64,000 bases of DNA from Candidatus Omnitrophota bacterium (GCA_903884815.1 CAISGE010000021.1:64448-128447); one strand, 5' to 3'; counted from the stretch's first letter, positions 17,994-27,784 are shown. Translations and numbers: made by a program. Notes: generated from the sequence alone by a model not told the origin.

Positions 17994-19003
17994 TTGAAAA
18001 GGAGGAACAGGATGATCCAAGCATAAAGCCCGGCGCCCAGGTCATCGGCAAGGATCCCCCAGAAGCGCGGGATGCGCTCCAGCGAACGCACGGGAAAGGG
18101 CTTCCATACATCGAAAAGACGAAAAAGCGCGAATCCGAGTATCACGGAAGTCCAGGTCAGGGGGATTATCATAAAAGTGACGAAAATGCCGCAGACCTCA
18201 TCGAGCACGATATATTGCGGGTCGGGGTCCGGGTCGATGAGCTTCTTATAGGCGAACGCGCCCCAAAAGATCAGCGCGACAAAGGTGAGTCCGTAAAGCG
18301 CTCCATTCCAATGGGTCAAGAAAACAAGAAGCAGGCCGAACAAACTTCCCCAGGTCCCCGGCGCTTTCGGCAAAAACCCCACCCCGACCGCGAGGACATA
18401 CTTATTGAAAGCTTCCGAGGCAAACAGAGCGCGCTGATTCCAAAGGAACGATACCCCGGAAAAAAGCGTCAGGGAGATAACCGCGAGCAAAAGAACGGGA
18501 AGAGCATAATAGATGCTCCCCGTGACCAAGTTCAAAATGGAAAACGGCGTGAGCAGCAGATAGAGAAAACACAAGCTGACGAGAGCCACCTGAAAGCCGA
18601 ACTTCCATTTGCCCATCTTTTCGGCGCCCATCGACTTCCCTTCCATGAGCCACCCGGTCCGGCAAAATGTCACCACGATCTCGCGGATAAAGATCGGGAC
18701 GATCCACCAGACGGAATAGAACTTGAGCGCCGCGAAGGCTGCCAGCGGTCCCAGGATCAGGATCTTGTCGCTAAAAGGGTCGATGAACCGACCGAGCGCA
18801 GATTCGAGATTGTATTTGCGCGCGATCCTTCCATCGTGATAATCGGTGACCCCACCCAGGACAAAGAGAAAAAGACCCAGCAAGTGCATCCAAGGGTTGT
18901 GGTGGAGGATCAGAAAGGGCAAAAAGAGCCCGATCACGCCCCGGAGAAGGGTCAGAACATTGGGGTGGACCAGAGGTCCTTCAGGTTTGGCCGATAAGGT
19001 CAT
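17990..19003 (-). CDS. Fused phosphatidylglycerophosphate synthase (PgsA) - phosphatidylglycerophosphatase A (PgpA)
   Basis: N-half PNVLTLLR...TDYHDGRIAR...GRFIDPFSDK; C-half APGTWGSL...DPQYIVLDEVCG...LFRLFDVWKPFP...GILADDL.AG in one ORF. Confidence 0.9.
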   Translation of the reverse strand: MTLSAKPEGPLVHPNVLTLLRGVIGLFLPFLILHHNPWMHLLGLFLFVLGGVTDYHDGRIARKYNLESALGRFIDPFSDKILILGPLAAFAALKFYSVWWIVPIFIREIVVTFCRTGWLMEGKSMGAEKMGKWKFGFQVALVSLCFLYLLLTPFSILNLVTGSIYYALPVLLLAVISLTLFSGVSFLWNQRALFASEAFNKYVLAVGVGFLPKAPGTWGSLFGLLLVFLTHWNGALYGLTFVALIFWGAFAYKKLIDPDPDPQYIVLDEVCGIFVTFMIIPLTWTSVILGFALFRLFDVWKPFPVRSLERIPRFWGILADDLGAGLYAWIILFLLFK

Positions 19004-20321
19004 AGTCTTGTATATCCGTGATCTTTACAGTGTAAAATTTTCCAACCGTTAATTCTTTCCGGGTCTTCACAAGAACACTACCGTCGATCTCCGGCGCATC
19101 CATGTAAGAGCGGCCGGTCCAGAGGCTCGGGTCTTTCTCATCCTGTTTTTCCATGAGCACCCGGAATTCCCGGCCAATGAAGCGCCGGTTCACATCCCTT
19201 ACGATCTCCTGCTGGAGCTGCATCGCACGGTGAAACCGGTCTTCCTTGATCTTCTCGGAAACCTGGTCGGGCAACTCGGCCGAAGGAGAACCTTCCTCCT
19301 GAGAATAACGAAAGATCCCAAGGCGCTCGAATTTCATCTCCCTCATAAATTCAAGCAACTCCTCGAATTCCGCTTCGGTCTCGCCCGGAAACCCCACGAT
19401 AAAGCTTGTGCGGATCACCACCTCGGGGATCCAGGCCCGGATCTTCTGGATCAGCTCGATCGCCTGCTTTTTCGTATTCCCACGGCGCATATCCCTCAGT
19501 ATCTTATCATTAATATGCTGCAGCGGAAGGTCTATGTAACGGCAGACCTGCTTGGACTTCGCCAAAGCCTGAATGATCTCGTCGGTCAGTGTCGAGGGAT
19601 AGGTGTAGAGAAGCCGTACCCACTTGATCTCCCTCACGGACCCCAGCGCTTCCAGCAGCTGCGGCAAAAGGGACTTGCCCGCGTGATCCCAGCCGAATTT
19701 TGTAATGTCCTGACCGATTACGATGAGCTCCTTGGCGCCTTCCTCGGCAAGCTGTTTCGCCTCGCGGATAAGATCGGAGATAGCGCGGGAACGATACCGG
19801 CCCCGGAGACTCGGAATAACACAAAAAGAGCACGTGTGGTCGCATCCCTCGGAGATCTTAAGGTAACGGGAATAAGGAGGCGTGAGAGCGATACGCCTTT
19901 CATCCGCCTCGGCAAGATAACCGGCCTTGTGGACCGAGACAAATTTCTGTCCGGCCTCCACTTTCTTGAGCACCTCGGCAACCCGCATGTAATCCCCAGA
20001 CCCCACGAACGCGTCGACTTCGGGAAATTCCTTCTGCAATTCTTCCGCGTAGCGCTGGACCAGGCATCCCATCACGACGACGCCCTGGAGCCGTTTCTCT
20101 TTTTTCATCTCGAGAAGCTTGAGCAACTCGTCAATCGATTCCTGCTTGGCTTCTTTGATAAAACCGCAGGTATTCAGAATCACCACATCGCATTGCGCAA
20201 TGTCCCGGGTCAAGGCGTACTGTGCTCCCTGAGCCTTTCCCAGAATGACCTCGCTATCGACTAGCGTCTTGGGACAGCCCAGCGACACGATCCCGACTCT
20301 GATCTTTTTTCCCTGCGGCAT
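18981..20321 (-). CDS. rimO: Ribosomal protein S12 methylthiotransferase RimO
   Basis: SLGCPKTLVDSE, NTCGFI..AKQESI, KISEGCDHTCSFCVIP, C-terminal DAPEIDG TRAM domain. Confidence 0.96.
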   Translation of the reverse strand: MPQGKKIRVGIVSLGCPKTLVDSEVILGKAQGAQYALTRDIAQCDVVILNTCGFIKEAKQESIDELLKLLEMKKEKRLQGVVVMGCLVQRYAEELQKEFPEVDAFVGSGDYMRVAEVLKKVEAGQKFVSVHKAGYLAEADERRIALTPPYSRYLKISEGCDHTCSFCVIPSLRGRYRSRAISDLIREAKQLAEEGAKELIVIGQDITKFGWDHAGKSLLPQLLEALGSVREIKWVRLLYTYPSTLTDEIIQALAKSKQVCRYIDLPLQHINDKILRDMRRGNTKKQAIELIQKIRAWIPEVVIRTSFIVGFPGETEAEFEELLEFMREMKFERLGIFRYSQEEGSPSAELPDQVSEKIKEDRFHRAMQLQQEIVRDVNRRFIGREFRVLMEKQDEKDPSLWTGRSYMDAPEIDGSVLVKTRKELTVGKFYTVKITDIQDYDLIGQT

Positions 20322-20360
20322 GAGAACAGCTCCCCGGATCTGAACGGCTCAGAATTAAAT

Positions 20361-20391
20361 AAAAAAAGGGCGGGGATCTTTCCCCGCCCTT
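20361..20391 (-). terminator. Intrinsic terminator
   Basis: AAGGGCGGGGA-AAGA-TCCCCGCCC followed by T7 on the minus strand. Confidence 0.85.
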
Positions 20392-20411
20392 GCAGGCTCA
20401 TAAATGATATT

Positions 20412-20834
20412 TTAATGCACCAACACGTTTCGCTCGGCGATCTTTTCCGCGGTATTCGTCTTTTCCTTCACCTGCTTATTCTCGGCCTTCGACGGCGGCC
20501 GCACCGACTGGAGGATTGCCCGGGAAGGCGCAGTCTTCGCTCCCGTCGCCGGCTTCTGCGCTTGCGGGGGCATCGAAGCCTGTTTTTTCGAGAGCTCTAA
20601 ATCCTTGCTGGAGCGCGCCATTCCCGTCTTCGTATGTTTCATCCGCTCCGAGAGCATGGCGTCCCGTTGACCATCGGTCAAATTCTTGTTCTGCGCTAAT
20701 TGCACCTTGAACGCTTCCAGATCTGCTTCTGGCGAAACGCCCTGAGAGTCTTTTTTATCTTCAAAGATCGCCGCTCGCAGTCCGGACGGCAGAATGAGCA
20801 TCAGCAGTACAACTCCGACCCATAGCTTCTTCAT
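20412..20834 (-). CDS. Hypothetical secreted protein
   Basis: GAGGAG RBS, MKK-hydrophobic signal peptide, followed by a terminator. Confidence 0.75.
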   Translation of the reverse strand: MKKLWVGVVLLMLILPSGLRAAIFEDKKDSQGVSPEADLEAFKVQLAQNKNLTDGQRDAMLSERMKHTKTGMARSSKDLELSKKQASMPPQAQKPATGAKTAPSRAILQSVRPPSKAENKQVKEKTNTAEKIAERNVLVH

Positions 20835-20892
20835 CTTTTTATCTCCTCACTTTGAAATCCTCTTACAGTTCAGTATAACACACCCGAAAGAA

Positions 20893-20966
<74 letters not shown>

Positions 20967-21104
20967 AATCAATCCTGATTCTTCCCCCTGAGATTGCGCT
21001 GGTCCAGCATCCCAAATTGTGTTGTGGGAACAAGGGTAGGCAACCTCCGAACAAAATATAAGGCATACTTCGAAGCCCCAGAAACGGCTCCGCACGGTGA
21101 CCGC

Positions 21105-21132
21105 ATTATACGCATTTTCCCGGCGATTGCAA
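21105..21132 (-). promoter_or_regulatory. Sigma70 promoter upstream of tRNA-Arg
   Basis: TTGCAA-N16-TATAAT on the minus strand. Confidence 0.7.
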
Positions 21133-21161
21133 AAGGAAGGACCTGATGAGTTGCTCGGAAA

Positions 21162-21734
21162 TTATTGCCCCGCTTTCCCGAGAAGCCCTTTAGCGAATTC
21201 CTTGTTGGGCGGGTATTTTAGCCAAACGGTAAAAAGAGCTTCGATAAAGTCGCGGCCCTTGATCACAGCCCTCGATTCACCTCGAACCAGGATCTCCGCC
21301 TGATCATCCGTGAAGGAGTAGATCATCTCCTCCCCTTTTTTCATATCGCTCATCGCGGCCATCAATTGCGGGATCCGGTCCTGAATCTTGGGATAATCCT
21401 TGGAAGCTTTTTCGAGACCCTTCTGCCAAGCCTCCCGGGATTGGTCCGCACTGACATCTCGCTGAAATTTCATAAGGATCTGCTTGAGTCCCTGCGAGTG
21501 GATCAGCTCTTCCGCGTCACTCGATTTTGCCGGAACATAAAGCCCTGCCACGTAGACACGGATCTTTGCCATCGTCGCAAATCTCGGACCGAGACCGTTC
21601 AGAACCAGGGTTTTATTTTTTACACTGACCGATTCGGGAAACTCCACACCCTCAAAGTTCGCCGCCATCAAGCTGCCGCTTATCAGGAAGTGGATCGTGA
21701 CCACCGCAAAAAGGACCTTATTCATTCTCCTCAT
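21162..21734 (-). CDS. Chalcone isomerase-like (fatty-acid-binding fold) exported protein
   Basis: Signal peptide; GV.FPESV.V....LVLNG.G.R......VYVAGLY...F..ALF.VWL..PP...K.LLG. Confidence 0.85.
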   Translation of the reverse strand: MRRMNKVLFAVVTIHFLISGSLMAANFEGVEFPESVSVKNKTLVLNGLGPRFATMAKIRVYVAGLYVPAKSSDAEELIHSQGLKQILMKFQRDVSADQSREAWQKGLEKASKDYPKIQDRIPQLMAAMSDMKKGEEMIYSFTDDQAEILVRGESRAVIKGRDFIEALFTVWLKYPPNKEFAKGLLGKAGQ

Positions 21735-21847
21735 AAATATGCCCCTCCTCAAGATTTCGCCTTTCATTTATCCAAGGGCCGCGCTTTCCCACACATCGAA
21801 GGCCTTGATGTCGGAAAATGAATCGTTAGGCGTTGATCGTTGTCCTC

Positions 21848-22288
21848 TTATTTCGACTGCCCCCTCTGCCGCCGAAGCTCGTCACATTTTGTCGAGAGCT
21901 GGTCCTTGTGATCATCCAGACATTTTGAGATCGAAACCGGATCGATCGCTGAAGCCGTACACAGTTTCTCGATATCCTCCAAACAAGCCGCGGCAAACCA
22001 ATTCAGATCTTGAGGGATATTCTGCGATAATCTGGACGTCTCTACCCGCGCACTTTCACACTTGGGTGAAAGGCTCTCTTTGTGCGAATTAAGACAAGCC
22101 AGGAGACGTCCCTCGCCGGGCTTGACGTCTTTGCAATAGCTCTCCAACTCCGCCGCACAACTCGCTTCAAGCTGGTCGGCCTGCTTGCCCACTTTCAATT
22201 CTTCCTGCCATGGCTCTGCCTTTACTATACCCGCTGACACAAAAAGAGTCCCCAACAGCATCGCGACGAATATTTTTTTCATTTTCAT
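21848..22288 (-). CDS. Secreted cysteine-rich repeat (GLG1/CFR-type) protein
   Basis: Signal peptide; two C..E/D...YC..V.PGEGR.LACL..H...LS.KC units. Confidence 0.8.
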   Translation of the reverse strand: MKMKKIFVAMLLGTLFVSAGIVKAEPWQEELKVGKQADQLEASCAAELESYCKDVKPGEGRLLACLNSHKESLSPKCESARVETSRLSQNIPQDLNWFAAACLEDIEKLCTASAIDPVSISKCLDDHKDQLSTKCDELRRQRGQSK

Positions 22289-22305
22289 TTCCCCTTATTT
22301 TCCGA

Positions 22306-22788
22306 TTATTGAATTTTTGCGGCATGATACTGGTAATCAACATCCTTTTTCTTTCCCAAATCACCTTCGGCCTGACCGCGCACCTCATTGCACTTCGCGG
22401 AGACCTTTGCCTTATTCTCTTCCAGGCATTTCAGGACGCGGCCTTCCCCCACCACGACCTTAGAGCAGAGTTTTTCCATATCTTCCCGGCAGGCCGAAGC
22501 AAACGCGGAAAGATTGTCCGTCGCATTCTTCAGCTCTTCCGCGACCTCATAGAAAGCAGCTTCGCAAGGACCAGACAGCTTATCGCCATGCGCGTAAAGA
22601 CAGGCCAGTCCGCGCTGATTCCCCGGGGTTACATGACTGCAATAGGTCGCCAGTTCCACCTGACACTGCGTTCCAAGTTTATCCGCATTTTTTCCTTTCA
22701 ATGTCTCAATCGGCCCTTCCGCCGCTCGCCCGTGAACTGGAAGAATCAATAGTGCCACGATAAACCATCCCAACATCTTTTTTTTCAT
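22306..22788 (-). CDS. Secreted cysteine-rich repeat (GLG1/CFR-type) protein, paralogue
   Basis: CQVELATYCSHVTPGNQRGLACLYAHGDKLSGPC and CREDMEKLCSKV..GEGRVLKCL......VSAKC. Confidence 0.82.
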   Translation of the reverse strand: MKKKMLGWFIVALLILPVHGRAAEGPIETLKGKNADKLGTQCQVELATYCSHVTPGNQRGLACLYAHGDKLSGPCEAAFYEVAEELKNATDNLSAFASACREDMEKLCSKVVVGEGRVLKCLEENKAKVSAKCNEVRGQAEGDLGKKKDVDYQYHAAKIQ

Positions 22789-22856
22789 ACACTCTCCTTT
22801 TCGGTGAATAGAAATAATGCTTATGTTTAATTCAAGCCGCTTGCCCTCGTTACGTT

Positions 22857-23447
22857 TTAACGCCGAAACACCGGCGGAAACTCCGCAAGGATCTTCTGGA
22901 CAGCCTTCTGGATATTGGTTACGCGCTTTGCCGAATCGGCATTTTCATCGATCGCTTTCTTTCCCGTGCCTCGCCAGATCAGCGTATTTGTTTTTGTATC
23001 GACCACATCTAAAAGCAAGGTCCCCTCTTCGTATTGAGTCACAAATGTTTCGCCCCCTCCATAAGCCCAACCGGGATTCACGCCCGAAACGCCGTAGGGT
23101 CCCACCGTGCTGTAAGGTGAGTAGTACGGAGTGCTGACCTGCGTAACGTCCATCTTCTGTTCGAGCGCCATCAGGTAGGCCACTTTAAAGTCCGGGGTTC
23201 CGGTCGAGATCTTCTGGAATCCCTTGGTCCGTAACGTTTGATCAACTGCAGTGCGAATGCGGGCATCAAGGATATCGCTGTTAAGCCTTGGATCATCCGC
23301 CCGGGGCTGGCTTTCCGAAGTCCAGGAATAGGTCTTGAGTGTGGAAAAATTAGCCGTGGTGTCGTAGTCGGAATTCACGGTCACGGTCGCGCATCCCCCC
23401 AAAATAATAGCCGGGATCAAAGCGACAAACAAATAAAGTTTTCTCAT
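22857..23447 (-). CDS. DUF4136 family lipoprotein
   Basis: Lipobox LGGC; DYD..ANFS.LKTY.W; YEEGTLLLDVVD..TN.LIWRG; V.KIL.EFPP. Confidence 0.88.
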   Translation of the reverse strand: MRKLYLFVALIPAIILGGCATVTVNSDYDTTANFSTLKTYSWTSESQPRADDPRLNSDILDARIRTAVDQTLRTKGFQKISTGTPDFKVAYLMALEQKMDVTQVSTPYYSPYSTVGPYGVSGVNPGWAYGGGETFVTQYEEGTLLLDVVDTKTNTLIWRGTGKKAIDENADSAKRVTNIQKAVQKILAEFPPVFRR

Positions 23448-23470
23448 CGCAAAATCTCCCTTGAGGAACA

Positions 23471-24952
23471 TTACAAGTTTAATCCCAACAGTTTCTTCAG
23501 AGGACCCGGGTTCCGCTTTGGAAGCGGCGCGGGATCATATTCTTCGAAAATCGTATGCAGAACATTGTCCAAGAAGGTCATATCCTTTGGCATCTCCACA
23601 TGGTTCGAGAAAAAGAAAACCGAACGCTCAAGGGGCAGCTGCAACCGGACGCTCACGCCGTTGATATCGACGGTATGACGGCCCAGCACGCTTTCTTTGG
23701 TGACGCTCATATCGCCATAGCCGTAAAGGGCATCCCGGAGATTGGGATCGTCCGTTTTAAAAGATGTCTTCCAGGCCCCTTTGTCATCTCGACTCAGAAG
23801 CGCCGCTTGCAACGTCGGCGCACGATCCCCTCCGAACACGATATAACGAACCTTCTGCTTCTCCTCGACCGGATCGCCGGCCCACAGAGCCGCCTGAAAT
23901 CTCCTGGCCCGGTCAAGCGCCAGCGCGATATAGCGCCTCTGGATCGCTAATTTCTCCCGGAATTTCTTTTCTCCCTCAGCATCACCATTTGCCTTTTTCA
24001 ATTCCGCGAGGACCTTCGCCTGAAGTTTCGGATTGAAAACCGACCACCCATAAAGCTCCCAATTCGCCGGATCATAAAGGTCGACATCCAGACGCTTGCC
24101 GCTGGCATCGATAAAAATCTTTTTTCCATCGAGCGGCATAAACTCATAAAGAGCGGGCATGGAAAAGATCATTTCGGCCGTCGCGCGACCGACGCTCGGA
24201 AGCCAAAGTCCCTGATGCACGGTCATAAAGGACTCCACCGCACCGGCATTCGGAGTCCCGAGCATGAGGATCTTGTTGATGTTTTTTGCCCCGGCATAGG
24301 TCGGCACCGGCAAGTCCTCACCCAGGACATCCGCAGCACCGTATTTCGCATAATAGCGCGCCACCAAGCCTCCGGCGCTGTGGCACACTAGATTGATCTT
24401 GAGGTCCGGTTGCCCGGTTTTCCTCTTGATATCTTCGATGGCCCGGTCCAACTTTTGAGCGGCTTCGACAAGATCCCGCCTCCAATCCCAGGCGTACGAA
24501 AACCCGTCCCGCCCCGCCTTAAACCCGCCGACCTTCCGCGCCACCTGTGCGATCCGGTCGTTAAGATCCAGCTCCAGGACTCCGGGAATATACTTGAAGG
24601 TCCTGACCACTCCGCCTTCCACAACCTCGTCCTGATTGTCTCGAAGTGTTTTGCCATCGATCGGAAGCTCGAGTTCCTTGATCAATCCCTGGAAAACATT
24701 GCCGTAGACGATCTTTCCGGTTTTGCCGTCCTTCAGCACCGAAGCCATCATGCCGGGCATGAACATCGTCGCCGGCTTTTGCGGAAGGGCGCGGTACCCC
24801 GCGTAAAGATGGCTCAGAGCTCTCTCATCTTCCTTCTGTCGAAGAATGCTCGACCCGATACGCACCACTGCATAGAGCACAAAGAAAAGAAACGTATACT
24901 TCAACAACTTACCGAGAAAGCGAAAGAACTTATTTTTTTTCTGCGAACTCAT
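23471..24952 (-). CDS. Membrane-anchored LCAT-like lipase/acyltransferase (alpha/beta hydrolase)
   Basis: FMPGMMAS.L, YAWDWRRD, LVCHSAGGLVARYY nucleophile elbow, LGTPNAGA, GD.SV. Confidence 0.82.
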   Translation of the reverse strand: MSSQKKNKFFRFLGKLLKYTFLFFVLYAVVRIGSSILRQKEDERALSHLYAGYRALPQKPATMFMPGMMASVLKDGKTGKIVYGNVFQGLIKELELPIDGKTLRDNQDEVVEGGVVRTFKYIPGVLELDLNDRIAQVARKVGGFKAGRDGFSYAWDWRRDLVEAAQKLDRAIEDIKRKTGQPDLKINLVCHSAGGLVARYYAKYGAADVLGEDLPVPTYAGAKNINKILMLGTPNAGAVESFMTVHQGLWLPSVGRATAEMIFSMPALYEFMPLDGKKIFIDASGKRLDVDLYDPANWELYGWSVFNPKLQAKVLAELKKANGDAEGEKKFREKLAIQRRYIALALDRARRFQAALWAGDPVEEKQKVRYIVFGGDRAPTLQAALLSRDDKGAWKTSFKTDDPNLRDALYGYGDMSVTKESVLGRHTVDINGVSVRLQLPLERSVFFFSNHVEMPKDMTFLDNVLHTIFEEYDPAPLPKRNPGPLKKLLGLNL

Positions 24953-24991
24953 GGGAAACTCCGATCCGGCGCAATTTCGCCGTTCATACTG

Positions 24992-25720
24992 CTACCAAGG
25001 TTTCAGATCAAAGTTCGAGGACTTGCTGACCACGGTGCCCGGTTTCCGGTTCAGGGTCTCGACGAGCTTCACCGACCACTCATCCACTCTTTTCTCGGCA
25101 AAACCGTACCAGCTGAACTGGTCAATGTTCACAAGGGTGAAAGGCTCATTTTTCCGGTCCGCGAACTTGGCGAGAATTTCTCCCGTCTTGCCGTCCTTCA
25201 GCCGTATCTCGATCGACACATAGCTGGGATTGGTCTGATTCACGGCCGTCGCCGCGAGCCCATAGAGCGGTACATAACCGGCCGCTTTAAGAAGCACCTT
25301 GTTCGGCGTCAGCTCCGTGAGTGCCATTTCCACGAGCAAGGTATCCGCCGACTTAGCGCTGTACGAGATCTTGAACCGCTTTTTAGGATCCGTGATAAAC
25401 GCGTTAGAAAAGGCACCGCGCGTATACATCGCGAGCTTTTTGATGTCCCTCTGGATCTCGCCAGTACGACCCATCTCCTGCCATTCGTTGGACTTTAGAA
25501 GATGTTTCGTATCGACAGGCGCGATCACGATCTTCGTGTATTTCTGCCAATTCACGCCGGGCTTGATCCATCCCATTTCGAACGGAAGATCTCCCCGGAT
25601 CGTCATGCCCGACTGATCCATGAATCCGCTCGGCTTGGGATCCGCGGCCGCGCAAACCGGTAAAAAGTTGACCATAAGCACCAGCGAGAGAATGCTCGCC
25701 ATCGCGTTTTTTAATTTCAT
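24992..25720 (-). CDS. DUF3313 family exported protein
   Basis: Signal peptide; PSGF...W.KY.KI.IAPV...L.VE.ALTEL...IE.RL.D.KTGE.LA.FADR. Confidence 0.78.
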   Translation of the reverse strand: MKLKNAMASILSLVLMVNFLPVCAAADPKPSGFMDQSGMTIRGDLPFEMGWIKPGVNWQKYTKIVIAPVDTKHLLKSNEWQEMGRTGEIQRDIKKLAMYTRGAFSNAFITDPKKRFKISYSAKSADTLLVEMALTELTPNKVLLKAAGYVPLYGLAATAVNQTNPSYVSIEIRLKDGKTGEILAKFADRKNEPFTLVNIDQFSWYGFAEKRVDEWSVKLVETLNRKPGTVVSKSSNFDLKPW

Positions 25721-26733
25721 ACTGTCTCCTTGAGGAATAGGGTCCGAATCTTTTTTGAAAAATCGGGATCCTGATCGGCCGCCTGGGCCTTGGCATTGAT
25801 CTTGCTCTTGGCGCGCAGTTCCGGAAAAGGCATCCCAAAAGTCTCGAGAAGACCGCGAACATAAAGGCGACGATCCGTAGCCCCGGTCAGGATCCGCCGC
25901 TGCCAGAAAGGAATATCAAAAACCTGTGCCTGGATAATGTGATTGCCGATCGTATTCGTGCAGCTTTGAGTCACCGTATTATAGAATTCCGGTTTCGTGC
26001 GCAGGGAGTTGGTCTTCTCCAGCATGCTGACAAAAAGCCTCCGGACCTTTTCCGGCGTCAGGGAGGTTCGATAAAGATAGACATCTTCTTTCCTGTAGTT
26101 TGTCCGAAGGCGCGCGATATCCCGTTCATCGCCCCAAACATAAATAATTTCATACTGTTTGAAGAGTCCGTTGAAAGTCCCGTAGGCTTCGCCTATCTCA
26201 GGCCGATATTCGATGGACACGGCCAACTGGCGGCCGCCCGTGAACTCGAAGCTCACAAACACATGTGCGATGGCGTCCATGCCCCAGTAATTCACAAAGA
26301 CATCCAGCGTCTTGAGGTCCTTGAGATCGTATTCCCGCGTTTCCCAGCGAACGTCGAAGTCCGTGACCGAACGATAATCGCTATTCCGGATATTGTGAAC
26401 CGTCACGCGATCTCCCTGGAATTCCGCGTAGGCGGTCTGGGCCACTTCGGGAGGATACTGGCCATTGATCTTCGGCTGGATCTGCCACTCATAAGCAAGC
26501 ACGCACAGGAAAGCGGCCAGCGGCAAGATCACGGCCCATTTCCTGGACCGGAGAATTAAGAGGATCAATGCCGCGAAAGGAATGCCGGCAAGAAAGCCGT
26601 ACGCGAGCGCGGTCCTAAGAGACTCCGGCTGTATCGGCGAAAAATAGAGGGCGCCAAAGCTCCAGAGGTGCAGACCAAGCAAAACAAGCGGAAGAAGGAT
26701 CCAACGAAAGAGAAATGAAAAAAAAGTTTTCAT
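25717..26733 (-). CDS. DUF4105 / Lnb-like membrane protein (papain-like His/Cys dyad)
   Basis: Three TM helices; VHNIRN..YRS.TDF, IAHVFVSF.F, FKQYE..YV.GDERD, PEFYNT.TQSCT; start inferred at ATG 26733. Confidence 0.85.
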   Translation of the reverse strand: MKTFFSFLFRWILLPLVLLGLHLWSFGALYFSPIQPESLRTALAYGFLAGIPFAALILLILRSRKWAVILPLAAFLCVLAYEWQIQPKINGQYPPEVAQTAYAEFQGDRVTVHNIRNSDYRSVTDFDVRWETREYDLKDLKTLDVFVNYWGMDAIAHVFVSFEFTGGRQLAVSIEYRPEIGEAYGTFNGLFKQYEIIYVWGDERDIARLRTNYRKEDVYLYRTSLTPEKVRRLFVSMLEKTNSLRTKPEFYNTVTQSCTNTIGNHIIQAQVFDIPFWQRRILTGATDRRLYVRGLLETFGMPFPELRAKSKINAKAQAADQDPDFSKKIRTLFLKETV

Positions 26734-26752
26734 AGAAAAACGATAGAAGCTC

Positions 26753-27784
26753 CTAAACTTTAGCAGAAGCGCATGCGGCCGCTTTTTCCTGCTCGGTTTC
26801 GAGAATATACTTCGTCGACCTGAGCAACTGCAAAATAACCCAGACATCCTTATTCTGATAGACATGCCGTTGCTGGGAGATCAGCACCATCGCGGTCACA
26901 TTCACGCCGGGGATCGCGTTCAGGTCCTGGCTGGTGATCTCGACGATCCCGTCGGAATTCGCGTTCTGACGCTTGGTCGAGAGAAGCGGCATGCTCCCGC
27001 CGCCCAGGATTGAGACATAAACCACGTCCTTGGGCAGAGGGCGCTTACTGAAGTCATTGAGTCCCACGATCACATCGTCCGTGCGGCCGTTCTTGTTGAC
27101 GTCTTTACTGTAGAACCAGTTGGGTGTATTGAACTCCGGACCGCCATTCAGATAAACGCTGTCTTTTTTAAGATCGCGCACGGCATCACTCTGGGTGTCG
27201 AGACCCGAAAGAGCCCTCTGGAATTTGTAAGGAAGCATTTTGAGATACCAGTGCTGCGGATTATAGTCGCTCCCGCGCTGCGGCGTGGCAAAAGAGATAT
27301 AGGCGCGAACATCGTTCTGATAGTAATCCGACTGCAAGTATTCGCGCCCCGCAAGTCCGCCCATGCTGTGCCCGATCAGGACCACCTTCGGAGAGCCCGT
27401 AACTTCTTTCACTTTTTGGATCATCGCGGCAAGCTCTTTGCCCTGCGTCACGATCGCAAGCTGGTTGTATGAGAAGGTCACCGTGTACATGGTGGCGGGC
27501 ACAATGTGATCCGCATGAACGATGATCTGGCCGTCTTTTTCTTCTGCCTTGAGGTCTCCCCCGTAACTGAAGCCGAATTCTCCGAGCTTCTTCATGATCT
27601 TGCTCTTGGACCAGAATTCGCCACTCGAGTTAAGCCCGTGAACAAAAATGATCGGCGCTTTCGGCAGCATTTTGGTATCCCCAAAACCCAAGAGGGCCGC
27701 CTTCCGGTCAAGAGTGGACGACACACACCCGGTGAGCCCCACCGCGAAAGCGAGGCACAAAAAGGAAAAAATTATTTTTTTCAT
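26753..27784 (-). CDS. Alpha/beta hydrolase lipoprotein (PGAP1/lipase-like)
   Basis: Lipobox LTGC; PIIFVHG, LIGHSMGGL, ATPQRGS, SDGIV. Confidence 0.85.
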   Translation of the reverse strand: MKKIIFSFLCLAFAVGLTGCVSSTLDRKAALLGFGDTKMLPKAPIIFVHGLNSSGEFWSKSKIMKKLGEFGFSYGGDLKAEEKDGQIIVHADHIVPATMYTVTFSYNQLAIVTQGKELAAMIQKVKEVTGSPKVVLIGHSMGGLAGREYLQSDYYQNDVRAYISFATPQRGSDYNPQHWYLKMLPYKFQRALSGLDTQSDAVRDLKKDSVYLNGGPEFNTPNWFYSKDVNKNGRTDDVIVGLNDFSKRPLPKDVVYVSILGGGSMPLLSTKRQNANSDGIVEITSQDLNAIPGVNVTAMVLISQQRHVYQNKDVWVILQLLRSTKYILETEQEKAAACASAKV

